A stretch of DNA of 64,000 nucleotides. It comes from an uncultured Candidatus Binatia bacterium (GTDB taxonomy: Bacteria; Desulfobacterota; Binatia; Bin18). A program made the translations under genes and the position numbers. Positions within the stretch are counted from its first letter, which is position 1. Each line of letters starts with the position of its first letter. A model generated the notes under the pieces. The model was not told where the DNA came from. It did no database searches and saw only the letters and a list, made by a program, of their open reading frames with translations. This document shows positions 9,765 to 18,864 of the stretch, piece after piece. The DNA is taken from assembly GCA_965200965.1 (NCBI GenBank), contig OZ241744.1, positions 1,664,001 to 1,728,000 on the forward strand, in the 5' to 3' direction.

Positions 9765-10427
9765 ATGGGCTACTATCCGATTTTTGTTGACCTCAGCGGT
9801 CAAGCGTGCTTAGTCGTCGGGGGCGAGAGGGTCGCTGAGCGCAAAGTTGCGACTTTGCTCAACGCCCGAGCCCGGGTCAGCGTGATCAGCCCGACGCTGA
9901 CCCGGCAACTCAAGGTCTGGACCGCCGAACTCCGCATCACGATCGAGCAGCGTGTATACCAGCACGGCGATATGCGCGGCTTCCGGCTGGTATTTGCGGC
10001 CACCTCAGACCAGAGCCTGCACCGCCGCCTGGCCGCAGAGGCGCAGGCCACCGGCGTGTTGCTGAACATCGTTGATCGCCCGGCCCTGTGTTCGTTTATC
10101 GTCCCTGCGGTGGTCTCCCAGGGCGATCTGAGCATTGCCATTTCCACTGGCGGCGCAAGCCCGGCCCTGGCCAGAAAAATCCGCCGTCAACTGGCCGCAG
10201 ATTTTGGGCCAGAGTACGCCGAGGCCCTCCACCTGCTGGCCCGGGTCCGGGAGCGGGTGGCCCAAGCGGGCCTGTCGAGCCAGGAACGGCGGCAACGTTT
10301 TCACGCCCTGGTCAATTCTCCCCTGCTTGACTATCTCCGCGAGAGGAAAATTGATAAGCTCAACGCCCTGTTGCATGCAACCCTCGGAGAAGCCTACGGC
10401 TTGGATCAACTCGATTTTCGGGTCTGA
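9765..10427 (+). CDS. Precorrin-2 dehydrogenase / sirohydrochlorin ferrochelatase (SirC/CysG N-terminal type)
   Basis: YYPIFVDL, LVVGG, NIVDRPALCSFIVP, AISTGGASPALA. Confidence 0.92.
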   Translation: MGYYPIFVDLSGQACLVVGGERVAERKVATLLNARARVSVISPTLTRQLKVWTAELRITIEQRVYQHGDMRGFRLVFAATSDQSLHRRLAAEAQATGVLLNIVDRPALCSFIVPAVVSQGDLSIAISTGGASPALARKIRRQLAADFGPEYAEALHLLARVRERVAQAGLSSQERRQRFHALVNSPLLDYLRERKIDKLNALLHATLGEAYGLDQLDFRV

Positions 10428-10430
10428 CCG

Positions 10431-11246
10431 GTGGAAATTGTCCTGCTCACATCGGCCCTTGTCTTCTACCTGCTGAGCACCGCAGGTTTCCTGCTCGCCC
10501 TGCTGTCGGCCCAGCAGACCTTTCTGCGCATCGCGCCCGGCCTGCTGTTAGTCGCCTGTGCCGCCCATGCCGGGGCGATTGCGGCTCGCTCCCTGTCGGT
10601 CGGCTATATTGCGGTCACCAATCCGTATGAGGCTGTGTCTTTTTTCACTTGGATGACGAGCGGTCTGTTTCTGCTGGTGCAGTGGCGCTCGTCCCTGACC
10701 GTGCTCGGCGCGGTGGTCAGCCCGATTGGCTTTATCCTGACCCTGGGGGTGTTTGTCTTGTATACCCAGGCACGGGCGCTGCCGCCGGCCCTCCAGAGCA
10801 GCTGGCTGCCTGTGCATGTGACGCTCGCCTTCCTGGGCAATGCCGTTTTCTGTGTCGCCTTTTTTGCCAGCCTGATCTATGTATTTCAAGAAAAACAGAT
10901 CAAGGGCAAAAAAATCGGTGGCATTTTCCGCCATCTGCCCGCCCTGGAAACCCTCGACAAGCTGAACTATCGCTCCCTGTCGTGGGGCTTTCCGCTCCTG
11001 ACCCTGGGCATTGTCAGCGGCGCGGTGTGGGCCCGGCACGCCTGGGGCCATTTCTGGATTTGGGAGCCGCGCCCGGTGTTATCCCTGCTCAGTTGGGTCT
11101 TGTACGCCTTCCTGCTCCACTATCGCAGCGTGGGCTGGCGTGGACGCCGCGCCGCGACCTTGACCATTGTGTGCTTTACCGTGCTCCTGGTCTCGTTCCT
11201 GGGGGTTCGGCTCTTGCCGGGTCGGCATGGAGGCGAATTTGGTTAG
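10431..11246 (+). CDS. ccsA: Cytochrome c assembly protein, CcsA/HemX family
   Basis: Multi-TM protein; WLPVHV, GFPLLTLGIVSGAVWA, WGHFWIWEPR, GWRGRRAA; position in hem cluster. Confidence 0.85.
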   Translation: MEIVLLTSALVFYLLSTAGFLLALLSAQQTFLRIAPGLLLVACAAHAGAIAARSLSVGYIAVTNPYEAVSFFTWMTSGLFLLVQWRSSLTVLGAVVSPIGFILTLGVFVLYTQARALPPALQSSWLPVHVTLAFLGNAVFCVAFFASLIYVFQEKQIKGKKIGGIFRHLPALETLDKLNYRSLSWGFPLLTLGIVSGAVWARHAWGHFWIWEPRPVLSLLSWVLYAFLLHYRSVGWRGRRAATLTIVCFTVLLVSFLGVRLLPGRHGGEFG

Positions 11247-12537
11247 CCCAGACCCCAGCCTGATGGTTGTTGGCCTCAACCATCACACGACCCCGGTTGA
11301 GGTCCGCGAGAAGCTGGCCTTCAGCGAGGGGATGCTGCGCCACGCCCTCCCCCGCTTAGTCGCCGCCCCCAGCATTCAGGAAGGCGCGATTGTCTCGACC
11401 TGCAACCGGGTCGAAGTCGTGGCCTGGACCCACGATCGGCGACAGGCCGGCCAGCACATCAAAACCTTTTTAGCCCAGGAGCAGGGCTTGCCGCTCCAGC
11501 TATTTGAAACCCATCTGTACACCCATACCGACCGAGAGGCCGTCAGACACATGTTCCGGGTCGCCTCCAGCCTCGATTCCCTGGTCGTGGGCGAACCCCA
11601 GATTCTCGGCCAGATCAAAGATGCTTACGCCGCCTCGGCCTCGATCGGCACGCTGGGCACGGTTCTCCACCGCTGGTTCCACAAGGCGTTTTCGGTCGCC
11701 AAACGCGTGCGCAGTGAAACCGGCATTGCGGCCAAATCCGTCTCGGTCAGCTCGGTGGCGGTTGAGTTGGCGTGTCGGATTTTTGACCAACTCAGCGACA
11801 AAACCGCGCTGGTCATTGGCGTGGGAGAGATGAGCCAGCAGACCATCCGCCACCTCCAGGACAAGGCCATTGGCACGCTCCTCATCACCAACCGCACCTT
11901 CCAGCGGGCGGTCGAGTTGGCCAGCGTGTGCGCCGGAACAGTTGTGCCGTTTGAGCAGTTTCCCCGACAACTCCACTTGGCCGATGTGGTGATCGGCTCG
12001 GCCGGTGGCAGCGTCCATCACCTGACTTCAGACCTTGTCCTCGAGGCCCTGCACGAGCGCAAACGGCGGCCCATGTTTTTGATCGATCTTGGTGTGCCGC
12101 GCAATTTTGACCCACGCCTCAACAACCTGGAGAATGTGTTTCTGTACGATATTGACGACTTGGAACAGATCGTCGCCGACCATAAGGGCGAGCGTGTGCG
12201 TGAGGCACGCAAGGCCGAGGCTATTGTCAGCCAAGAAGTCGAAGCCTTCTGGCACTGGTATGCATGTCGAGACCTCAGCCCGACCATCGTCGCCCTGCGC
12301 CACAAGGCCGAAGCCATGCGCAAGCACGAGCTCGAAAAAGCCCTGGCCGGGCTCAAAGACTGCTCGCCTGAGGTGCGCCGCGCGATCGAAGGGCTGAGTG
12401 TGTCGCTGATGAACAAGCTGTTGCACCCGCCGATTGGCTATCTGAAAAACCACAGCCGGAATGGCGATGCCGAGGCCGGCGCAACAAGTGTGACCGCGGT
12501 GCGGCAGATGTTTGGGCTGGATGGCGCGCAAGACTGA
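11227..12537 (+). CDS. hemA: Glutamyl-tRNA reductase
   Basis: GLNHHTTPVEVRE, STCNRVE, LDSLVVGEPQILGQ, IDLGVPRN; start could be 11263. Confidence 0.96.
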   Translation: MEANLVSPDPSLMVVGLNHHTTPVEVREKLAFSEGMLRHALPRLVAAPSIQEGAIVSTCNRVEVVAWTHDRRQAGQHIKTFLAQEQGLPLQLFETHLYTHTDREAVRHMFRVASSLDSLVVGEPQILGQIKDAYAASASIGTLGTVLHRWFHKAFSVAKRVRSETGIAAKSVSVSSVAVELACRIFDQLSDKTALVIGVGEMSQQTIRHLQDKAIGTLLITNRTFQRAVELASVCAGTVVPFEQFPRQLHLADVVIGSAGGSVHHLTSDLVLEALHERKRRPMFLIDLGVPRNFDPRLNNLENVFLYDIDDLEQIVADHKGERVREARKAEAIVSQEVEAFWHWYACRDLSPTIVALRHKAEAMRKHELEKALAGLKDCSPEVRRAIEGLSVSLMNKLLHPPIGYLKNHSRNGDAEAGATSVTAVRQMFGLDGAQD

Positions 12538-13462
12538 AAACATGCCTCCCAGCGTTCGCATTGGCACCCGGGGCAGCACCCTGGCCGTGTGGCAGGCCGG
12601 CTGGGTCAAACAGCGGCTCGAAGCCCACTGGCCGGAGATCCGGGTTGAACTCGTACCAATCACCACCTCAGGCGATAGAATCCAGCACATCCCACTGTCC
12701 CAGCTCGGCGGCAAGGGCCTGTTTGTCAAAGAAATCGAACAGGCCCTGCTGGACGGGGAAGTCGATCTGGCCGTCCACTCGGTCAAAGACCTGCCGGCCG
12801 AGTTGCCGCCCGGACTCAGCCTGAGCGCGATTCCCGAACGGGAAGACCCCCGCGACGTGCTCATCTCGGCCGGCGGCTCATCACTGGCCGATCTGCCGGA
12901 CGGCAGCCGTGTCGGCACCAGCAGCCTGCGCCGCCAAGCCCTGCTCCTGCATCTACGTCCCGGCCTGCGGATCGAAGTGCTGCGGGGCAATGTGGAAACC
13001 CGCCTGCGCGGCCAGCTCGAAGGCCGGGTAGACGCCACTGTTTTAGCCGCCGCGGGACTCAAACGGCTGGGTCTCAGGCTCAAAAACAGCTACCCGCTCG
13101 ACGCCGAGGAATTCTTGCCGGCCATCGGCCAAGGCGCGCTGGGCATTGAGATCCGTACCGGAGACACGGTCGAAGCCCTGCTCGCCCCCCTGCATCACAC
13201 CGACGCAGCGCGCACGGTTGAGGCCGAGCGTGCCTTTCTCAGCGGCATGGGCGGGAGCTGCCGGACGCCCCTGGCCGCCAAGGCGACAGCCGCCAAGGGG
13301 ATCCTGCGGCTGAGTGCTCTGGTTGCCAGCCCAGACGGCACACGCCTGCTGCGGCAGGAGCGCAGCGGTCCGGTCGAGACCGCCGCACACATCGGGGCCG
13401 TGGTCGCCGAAACCCTGCTCGCCCGGGGCGGACGAGAAATACTGGCGGCCCTGGAGGTGTGA
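12521..13462 (+). CDS. hemC: Hydroxymethylbilane synthase
   Basis: IGTRGS, GGKGLFVKEIE, AVHSVKD, GTSSLRR, LRGNVETR, GGSCRTP. Confidence 0.96.
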   Translation: MARKTENMPPSVRIGTRGSTLAVWQAGWVKQRLEAHWPEIRVELVPITTSGDRIQHIPLSQLGGKGLFVKEIEQALLDGEVDLAVHSVKDLPAELPPGLSLSAIPEREDPRDVLISAGGSSLADLPDGSRVGTSSLRRQALLLHLRPGLRIEVLRGNVETRLRGQLEGRVDATVLAAAGLKRLGLRLKNSYPLDAEEFLPAIGQGALGIEIRTGDTVEALLAPLHHTDAARTVEAERAFLSGMGGSCRTPLAAKATAAKGILRLSALVASPDGTRLLRQERSGPVETAAHIGAVVAETLLARGGREILAALEV

Positions 13463-14985
13463 GCCACATGCCCGTCTATCTGGTTGGCGCGGGTCCCGGC
13501 GACCCAGGTCTGCTCACCCTCAAGGCCAAACGCTGCCTGGAGCAGGCCGATGTTGTGGTGTACGATTATCTGGTTGACCAGCGCATCCTGGCCTACGCCC
13601 GCCCCGGGGCCGAGCTGATCTACGCCGGCAAACGCCGCGGCAAGGCAGCCATGAGTCAGGCCGCCATCAATCGGCTGATGGTGGACCGGGCCGGCCAGGG
13701 ACAGACGCTTGTGCGGCTCAAGGGCGGTGACCCCTTCCTGTTTGGGCGGGGTGGCGAAGAGGCCCAGGAGCTCCTCAAGGCCGCCCTTCCGTTTGAGATT
13801 GTTCCGGGCGTCACCTCAGCGCTGGCCGTGCCGGCCTACGCCGGGATTCCACTCACCCACCGCGATCACGCCTCCGCGGTGGCGATTGTCAGCGGCCACA
13901 AAGAAGTCTGGGACACCGCTCCGCACCTCAACTGGGCTACCCTGGCCGGGGTCGGCGGCACACTGGTGTTCCTCATGGGTACCCGACAGCTCCGCAATAA
14001 TATGCGGCGTTTGATGCACTACCAGCTGCCCGGCCACACCCCGGTTGCCCTGATTCGGTGGGGCACGCGGCCCGATCAAGATGTGCTGGTCGGCACGGTT
14101 GAGACGATTGCCGATCTGGCTGAGCAGCGGGGATTTGAACCACCGGCGGTGGCGGTGGTCGGCCAAGTGGTCGAGCTGCGCCAACAGCTACGCTGGTTTG
14201 AGACCAAGCCCTTGTTCGGTCGGCGCATCGTCGTCACCCGGCCGCGTCTTCAGGCCGGCGGCTTTGTTGAGCAGCTTGAACAGCAGGGGGCGGCCGTGGT
14301 CCAGTTGCCGACCATTGAAACCGTGCCGCTTGCATCTTCCCAAGGGCTGGACGCCGCCCTGGACGCGCTGCCGAGCTATGACTGGGCCATTTTTACCAGC
14401 GTCAACGGCGTGCGCTATGTCTTTGAGCGCTTCGCCCACCGCCGGCACGACATTCGGAGACTGGCCGGCGTGCGCCTGGCAGCGATTGGTCCGCAGACAG
14501 CCCACGCCCTGGAAGCCCGGCATCTCCGGGTTGAGGCAATGCCGGCAGAGTACCGCGCCGAAGCTCTGCTGCCGGCACTCGGCAATGTCGCCGGTCAGCG
14601 GATTCTCCTGCCGCGGGCGGCCGAAGCGCGGGAGGTCCTGCCCACCGAGTTGCGCGCCGCGGGGGCCAAGGTCGATGAAATTGCGGTCTACAAGACCGTT
14701 CGCCCCCCCACCCAGACCGAGGAGTTGCGCCGGCTGCTGCACACCCGTCAGGTCGATCTGATCACCTTCACCAGCTCCAGCACAGTGCACAACTTCATGG
14801 CCGCGTTTGCCGACCGGGACATACCGACCCTGCTCGGCAGGACGGTGCTGGGCTGTATCGGACCGATTACCGCGGCTACGCTCCGGGGCTATGGCCTGCG
14901 GGTACGCGTCCAGCCCCAGCAGTATACCATTGCCGCTTTCAGCCAGGCGATTGTGGACTATTTTCAGAAGGAGGACGACCCATGA
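13459..14985 (+). CDS. cobA: Fused uroporphyrinogen-III C-methyltransferase / uroporphyrinogen-III synthase (CobA-HemD)
   Basis: VYLVGAGPGDPGLLT, RLKGGDPFLFGRGGEE; C-terminal IFTSVNGV and FTSSSTV. Confidence 0.95.
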   Translation: MSHMPVYLVGAGPGDPGLLTLKAKRCLEQADVVVYDYLVDQRILAYARPGAELIYAGKRRGKAAMSQAAINRLMVDRAGQGQTLVRLKGGDPFLFGRGGEEAQELLKAALPFEIVPGVTSALAVPAYAGIPLTHRDHASAVAIVSGHKEVWDTAPHLNWATLAGVGGTLVFLMGTRQLRNNMRRLMHYQLPGHTPVALIRWGTRPDQDVLVGTVETIADLAEQRGFEPPAVAVVGQVVELRQQLRWFETKPLFGRRIVVTRPRLQAGGFVEQLEQQGAAVVQLPTIETVPLASSQGLDAALDALPSYDWAIFTSVNGVRYVFERFAHRRHDIRRLAGVRLAAIGPQTAHALEARHLRVEAMPAEYRAEALLPALGNVAGQRILLPRAAEAREVLPTELRAAGAKVDEIAVYKTVRPPTQTEELRRLLHTRQVDLITFTSSSTVHNFMAAFADRDIPTLLGRTVLGCIGPITAATLRGYGLRVRVQPQQYTIAAFSQAIVDYFQKEDDP

Positions 14986-15899
14986 AACTCTACCGCTCGG
15001 TTCTGTTTGTCCCTGGCAACCGCCCCGACTGGATTAACAAGGCCCCGACCTACACGCCGGACGCCCTGATTATTGACCTTGAAGACGCGGTGCCGATAGC
15101 CGAAAAGCTCGAGGCCCGCGCCGTCGTGCGGGCTGGCATTGAGCGGCTGCGAGACAACACGGTCGGCGTCTTCGTCCGGGTCAACGGGCTTGATACCGGC
15201 CTGACCGGCGAGGACGTGGAAGCCGTTGTCACCGCCGGGCTTGATGGCATTGCCATCCCCAAGCTCGAAAACGCGGACGAGATCCGGAAAATCGACGCCT
15301 GGATCGAGCTGTTCGAACGCAAGGCCGGCCTAGCCCTTGGCACGGTTGAAATCATGGCCATTCCAGAGACGGCCAAGGGTATTATGAACGCCTACGAGTT
15401 GGCCTCGGCCTGTCCTCGCGTTGGGGCTGTGATCGGGGGCGTTGGCCAACGCTCGGGCGATGTCACCAAAGCAGTCGGTTTCCAGTGGACCCGCGAGGGG
15501 CTGGAGAGCCTGTACATGGGCTCCCACGTCCTGCTGGCCTGTCGGGCGGCCGGCTTTGAGTACCCGCTCGGGGTCGGCTCGCTGGAGGTCGGCGATACCG
15601 AACTGGTCAAGGCCCAGCTCAAGCGCGCCCGCGAGATCGGCTTCCGCGGTGCCCTGCTGATCCATCCCTCCGCGGTACCGCTGGCCAACGAGGTCTTTGC
15701 TCCGTCTGTCCAAGAGATTGAGTGGAACAAGGGCATCTTGCAGGCTATGGCCGAGGCCGAACAGGCCGGCCGCGCCGCGGTGACCTATGACGGCATGATG
15801 ATCGACTACGCCCACGTCAGAAACGCGCTGGACCTGCTCCATCAAGCCGAGGCCTTCGGCCTCGATGTCGGGGAATACGCCGAAGTCAAGGCCCTGTAA
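14982..15899 (+). CDS. CitE/malyl-CoA lyase-family CoA-ester lyase
   Basis: RSVLFVPGNRP, IIDLEDAV, VRVN, LIHP, DGMMID; ATGA overlap with cobA-hemD. Confidence 0.88.
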   Translation: MKLYRSVLFVPGNRPDWINKAPTYTPDALIIDLEDAVPIAEKLEARAVVRAGIERLRDNTVGVFVRVNGLDTGLTGEDVEAVVTAGLDGIAIPKLENADEIRKIDAWIELFERKAGLALGTVEIMAIPETAKGIMNAYELASACPRVGAVIGGVGQRSGDVTKAVGFQWTREGLESLYMGSHVLLACRAAGFEYPLGVGSLEVGDTELVKAQLKRAREIGFRGALLIHPSAVPLANEVFAPSVQEIEWNKGILQAMAEAEQAGRAAVTYDGMMIDYAHVRNALDLLHQAEAFGLDVGEYAEVKAL

Positions 15900-15975
15900 A
15901 AAACCGCGCTCCGGCCACAGCGAAGGCGGGCGTTTTCCAGCTTGCAAAGCCAGTCCGGGAGTGCCAAGCTGGCAG

Positions 15976-16003
15976 TTGCACGGCACTCCCCGATCGATAT
16001 AAT
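15976..16003 (+). promoter_or_regulatory. Sigma70-like promoter TTGCAC-16-TATAAT
   Basis: Perfect -10 box and 16-bp spacing just upstream of the DsbA-family gene. Confidence 0.5.
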
Positions 16004-16013
16004 GGAGGCAGAT

Positions 16014-16649
16014 GTGGCCCTGGAAAAGATCACCCATTACTTTGATTACAAAAGCCCCTACGCCTATTTGGCCCAGGAGGCCACCTATCGGCTGGCCCGG
16101 GAGTTTGACATTGCGATCGACTGGCTGCCGCTGACCCTGCACATCCCAAGTTTTCTCGGCTCAGCCGAGGTTGACGCCAGCAGGAAGGTCCTGAGCGAAC
16201 ACCGCAACGCCCACCAGTGGCGACGGGTCAGGTACAGCTATATGGACTGTCGGCGTGAGGCCAACCGGCGGGGGCTGGTCATCCGCGGTCCGCAGAAAAT
16301 CTTTGACAGCTCGATCGCCCACATCGGCATGTTGTACGCCAAACGCCGGGGCGATTTCCGGGTCTACCACGACACGGTGTATGAACGCTTCTGGCGGCGC
16401 GAACTCGACATTGAGAACCCGGACCTCATCGCCTCAGTGCTGACCGAGGTCGGCACCGAGGCCGCGGGCTGGGCCGACTACCTCGCCGGCGAGGGACGCC
16501 AGGAACACGCCCGCGTCATGCGCGAAGCCGAGGCCGACGGCGTGTTTGGCGTGCCGAGCTATGTGCTCAACGGCGAGCTGTTCTGGGGCGCGGAGCGCCT
16601 CGCTCGGGTGCGCGAGCGGCTGGTGGAACACGGCCACACCCCCCGCTAG
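16014..16649 (+). CDS. DsbA-like / 2-hydroxychromene-2-carboxylate isomerase family protein
   Basis: YFDYKSPYAYL, GVFGVPSY, ELFWGAERL; start 16002 or 16014. Confidence 0.88.
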   Translation: MALEKITHYFDYKSPYAYLAQEATYRLAREFDIAIDWLPLTLHIPSFLGSAEVDASRKVLSEHRNAHQWRRVRYSYMDCRREANRRGLVIRGPQKIFDSSIAHIGMLYAKRRGDFRVYHDTVYERFWRRELDIENPDLIASVLTEVGTEAAGWADYLAGEGRQEHARVMREAEADGVFGVPSYVLNGELFWGAERLARVRERLVEHGHTPR

Positions 16650-16653
16650 GCCC

Positions 16654-17208
16654 ATGTCCGTGTCTCCCCGCCGGCCGATTGTCGGCGTCATGGGCTCCGG
16701 CGTCCAGCCCCACACCGAACGGGCCAGCCAAGTCGGCGCATGGCTGGCCCGGGCCGGCGTCCACCTGCTGACCGGCGGCGGCCACGGCGTGATGCACAGC
16801 GTCAGCCAGGCGTTCGCCCAGACCACCAGCCGTAGAGGGCTGGTCATCGGCATTATCCCCAGTGCCGCCCACGACCCCGCATCCAGCCCCAAAGCCGGTT
16901 ATCCCAACCCCTGGGTTGAGATTCCGATTTATACCCATTTGGTGCTGAGCGGTGAGCGCGGCACCGAGCCGCTGTCCCGCAACCATATCAATATCCTGAG
17001 TTCCGATGTGTTGATCGCCCTGCCCGGCGGGCCGGGCACGGCCAGCGAGGTGGCCCTGGCCCTCCGCTACGGCCGACCACTGGTTGCCTACCTTGACGCG
17101 CCCACCGACATTGCCGGCCTGCCGGCCCAAGCCGTGGTTGAGGGCGACTTTGCCACGGTACAAGCCTTTGTCCGCTGCCACTTGTCTCCTGGCCGGGCCT
17201 GGCCTTGA
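16654..17208 (+). CDS. SLOG/LOG-family (Moco-carrier-like) nucleotide-binding protein
   Basis: IVGVMGSG, LLTGGGHGVM, SRNHINILSSD, PGGPGTASE. Confidence 0.82.
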   Translation: MSVSPRRPIVGVMGSGVQPHTERASQVGAWLARAGVHLLTGGGHGVMHSVSQAFAQTTSRRGLVIGIIPSAAHDPASSPKAGYPNPWVEIPIYTHLVLSGERGTEPLSRNHINILSSDVLIALPGGPGTASEVALALRYGRPLVAYLDAPTDIAGLPAQAVVEGDFATVQAFVRCHLSPGRAWP

Positions 17209-17330
17209 GTCGCCAGGGAGCGGCGTCTGAGCGATGGGCACCCGGGCCGATGCGGCGCTCCCCCCACCCGCGGCCGGGCGCAGGGTCAAGCGGGGCGGAC
17301 GCCGGGTGAAGGGTATGCTAGACACACGCT

Positions 17331-18833
17331 ATGGGCGCACGGGCCATCATGGTTCAGGGAACCGGGTCGGATGTCGGAAAGTCTGTTATTGTGGCGGGGC
17401 TGTGTCGGCTGGCCAAGCGGCGCGGGATGCGTGTTGCCCCGTTCAAGCCCCAGAACATGTCCAACAATGCCGCGGCCTGCGCCACCGGCGGGGAGATTGG
17501 CCGGGCACAGGCCGTGCAGGCCCGGGCCGCGGGACTGGCCCCGCACCCCGACTTCAACCCGGTGCTGTTGAAACCCCAGACCGACCGGGGCGCGCAGCTC
17601 GTGGTCCATGGCCGGGCGGTTGGAGTGCTGGAGGCCAGGGACTACCCGGCCGGCCGTGCCCGCCTGATGGAAGCGGTCATGCAGAGCTTCGGCCGGCTCC
17701 TTGCCGCCCATGAACTTGTCATTGTTGAGGGGGCCGGCAGCCCGGCCGAGGTCAATCTGCGGGCCGGCGACATTGCCAATATGGGCTTTGCCCGGCACGC
17801 CGACATCCCGGTGTGTCTTGTCGGCGACATTGACCGCGGGGGCGTCATTGCCGCCCTGGTGGGGACGCAGACCGTGCTTGACCCCGAGGACAGCCGGCTG
17901 ATCGTCGGCTTTGTGGTCAACAAGTTTCGGGGAGAACCGGCCTTGTTTGAGGCCGGCATCTCGGTCATTGAGCGTCGCACCGGCTGGCCGTGCTTTGGCC
18001 TGATCCCCTGGCTACCGGCCGCAACCCGCCTGCCGGCCGAAGATGCGGTGTTGCTCTCTCAGCCGCGCATCGAGCGCGCCGGCCGGGTGCGCATTGCCGC
18101 TCCGATGCTGTCCCGCCTAGCCAACTTTGACGACGCCGACCCGCTGCGGCTGGAGCCGCAGGTGGACTTTGCCTTTGTGCCACCCGCTCAGCCGCTTCCG
18201 CGCGATGCGGACGTCGTCATCCTGTTCGGCACCAAATCAACCCTGGGTGACCTGGCCTTCCTGCGCGCCCAGGGCTGGGACCATGACATTATTGCCCACA
18301 GTCGCCAGCGCGGCCAAGTGCTAGGGGTGTGCGGCGGCTTCCAGATGCTGGGCCGGCGTGTCCACGATCCCTCGGGCGCAGACGGGCCGAGCGGCTCGGT
18401 TGACGGGCTGGGTCTGCTTGAGCTTGAGACCACCATGCTCGGCCATAAAACCGTTCGCGTCGCCCGGGGACGCTGCGCCCTCAGCGGCGCGCCAGTCAGC
18501 GGCTACGAGATTCACACCGGCCAGTCGCATGGGCGCGCGCTCAGCCGGCCCATGTTCCGGCTAACGACGGGCGTTGAGGGCGCGCGCGCTCAGGGCGGGC
18601 GTATTGAGGGCACCTATCTGCACGGCCTGTTTGCCAACGATGCCTATCGGCGGGCCTGGCTGGAGCGCATCCGGGCCAATGCCGCCTCAGCGCTGGCCTA
18701 CGAGTCGCAGCTTGAGCACACCCTGGACGAGCTGGCCGACAGCCTGGCCAGTACGGTGGATACCGAGGCCGTGTTTGCCGCCGCCCGACACCCCGGTTCG
18801 TTGCCGGACAGCGAGGCTGCCATACAGGCTTGA
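17331..18833 (+). CDS. cobQ: Cobyric acid synthase
   Basis: MVQGTGSDVGKS, PFKPQNMSNN, EGAGSPAEVNL, DIDRGG, GVCGGFQMLG, GTYLHG. Confidence 0.96.
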   Translation: MGARAIMVQGTGSDVGKSVIVAGLCRLAKRRGMRVAPFKPQNMSNNAAACATGGEIGRAQAVQARAAGLAPHPDFNPVLLKPQTDRGAQLVVHGRAVGVLEARDYPAGRARLMEAVMQSFGRLLAAHELVIVEGAGSPAEVNLRAGDIANMGFARHADIPVCLVGDIDRGGVIAALVGTQTVLDPEDSRLIVGFVVNKFRGEPALFEAGISVIERRTGWPCFGLIPWLPAATRLPAEDAVLLSQPRIERAGRVRIAAPMLSRLANFDDADPLRLEPQVDFAFVPPAQPLPRDADVVILFGTKSTLGDLAFLRAQGWDHDIIAHSRQRGQVLGVCGGFQMLGRRVHDPSGADGPSGSVDGLGLLELETTMLGHKTVRVARGRCALSGAPVSGYEIHTGQSHGRALSRPMFRLTTGVEGARAQGGRIEGTYLHGLFANDAYRRAWLERIRANAASALAYESQLEHTLDELADSLASTVDTEAVFAAARHPGSLPDSEAAIQA

Positions 18834-18858
18834 TGCAGCGCCTCAGGAGACTTAGAAT
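18830..18858 (+). promoter_or_regulatory. Sigma70-like promoter TTGATG-17-TAGAAT, probably leaderless ftsH transcript
   Basis: 17-bp spacing; 6 nt between -10 box and the ATG at 18865. Confidence 0.5.
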
Positions 18859-18864
18859 TGCCCT

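Noticed and set aside
17209-17330. Possible cobalamin riboswitch upstream of cobQ
   Set aside because: Only about 120 bp with an imperfect GC-rich inverted repeat; no B12-box or other conserved riboswitch motifs seen.
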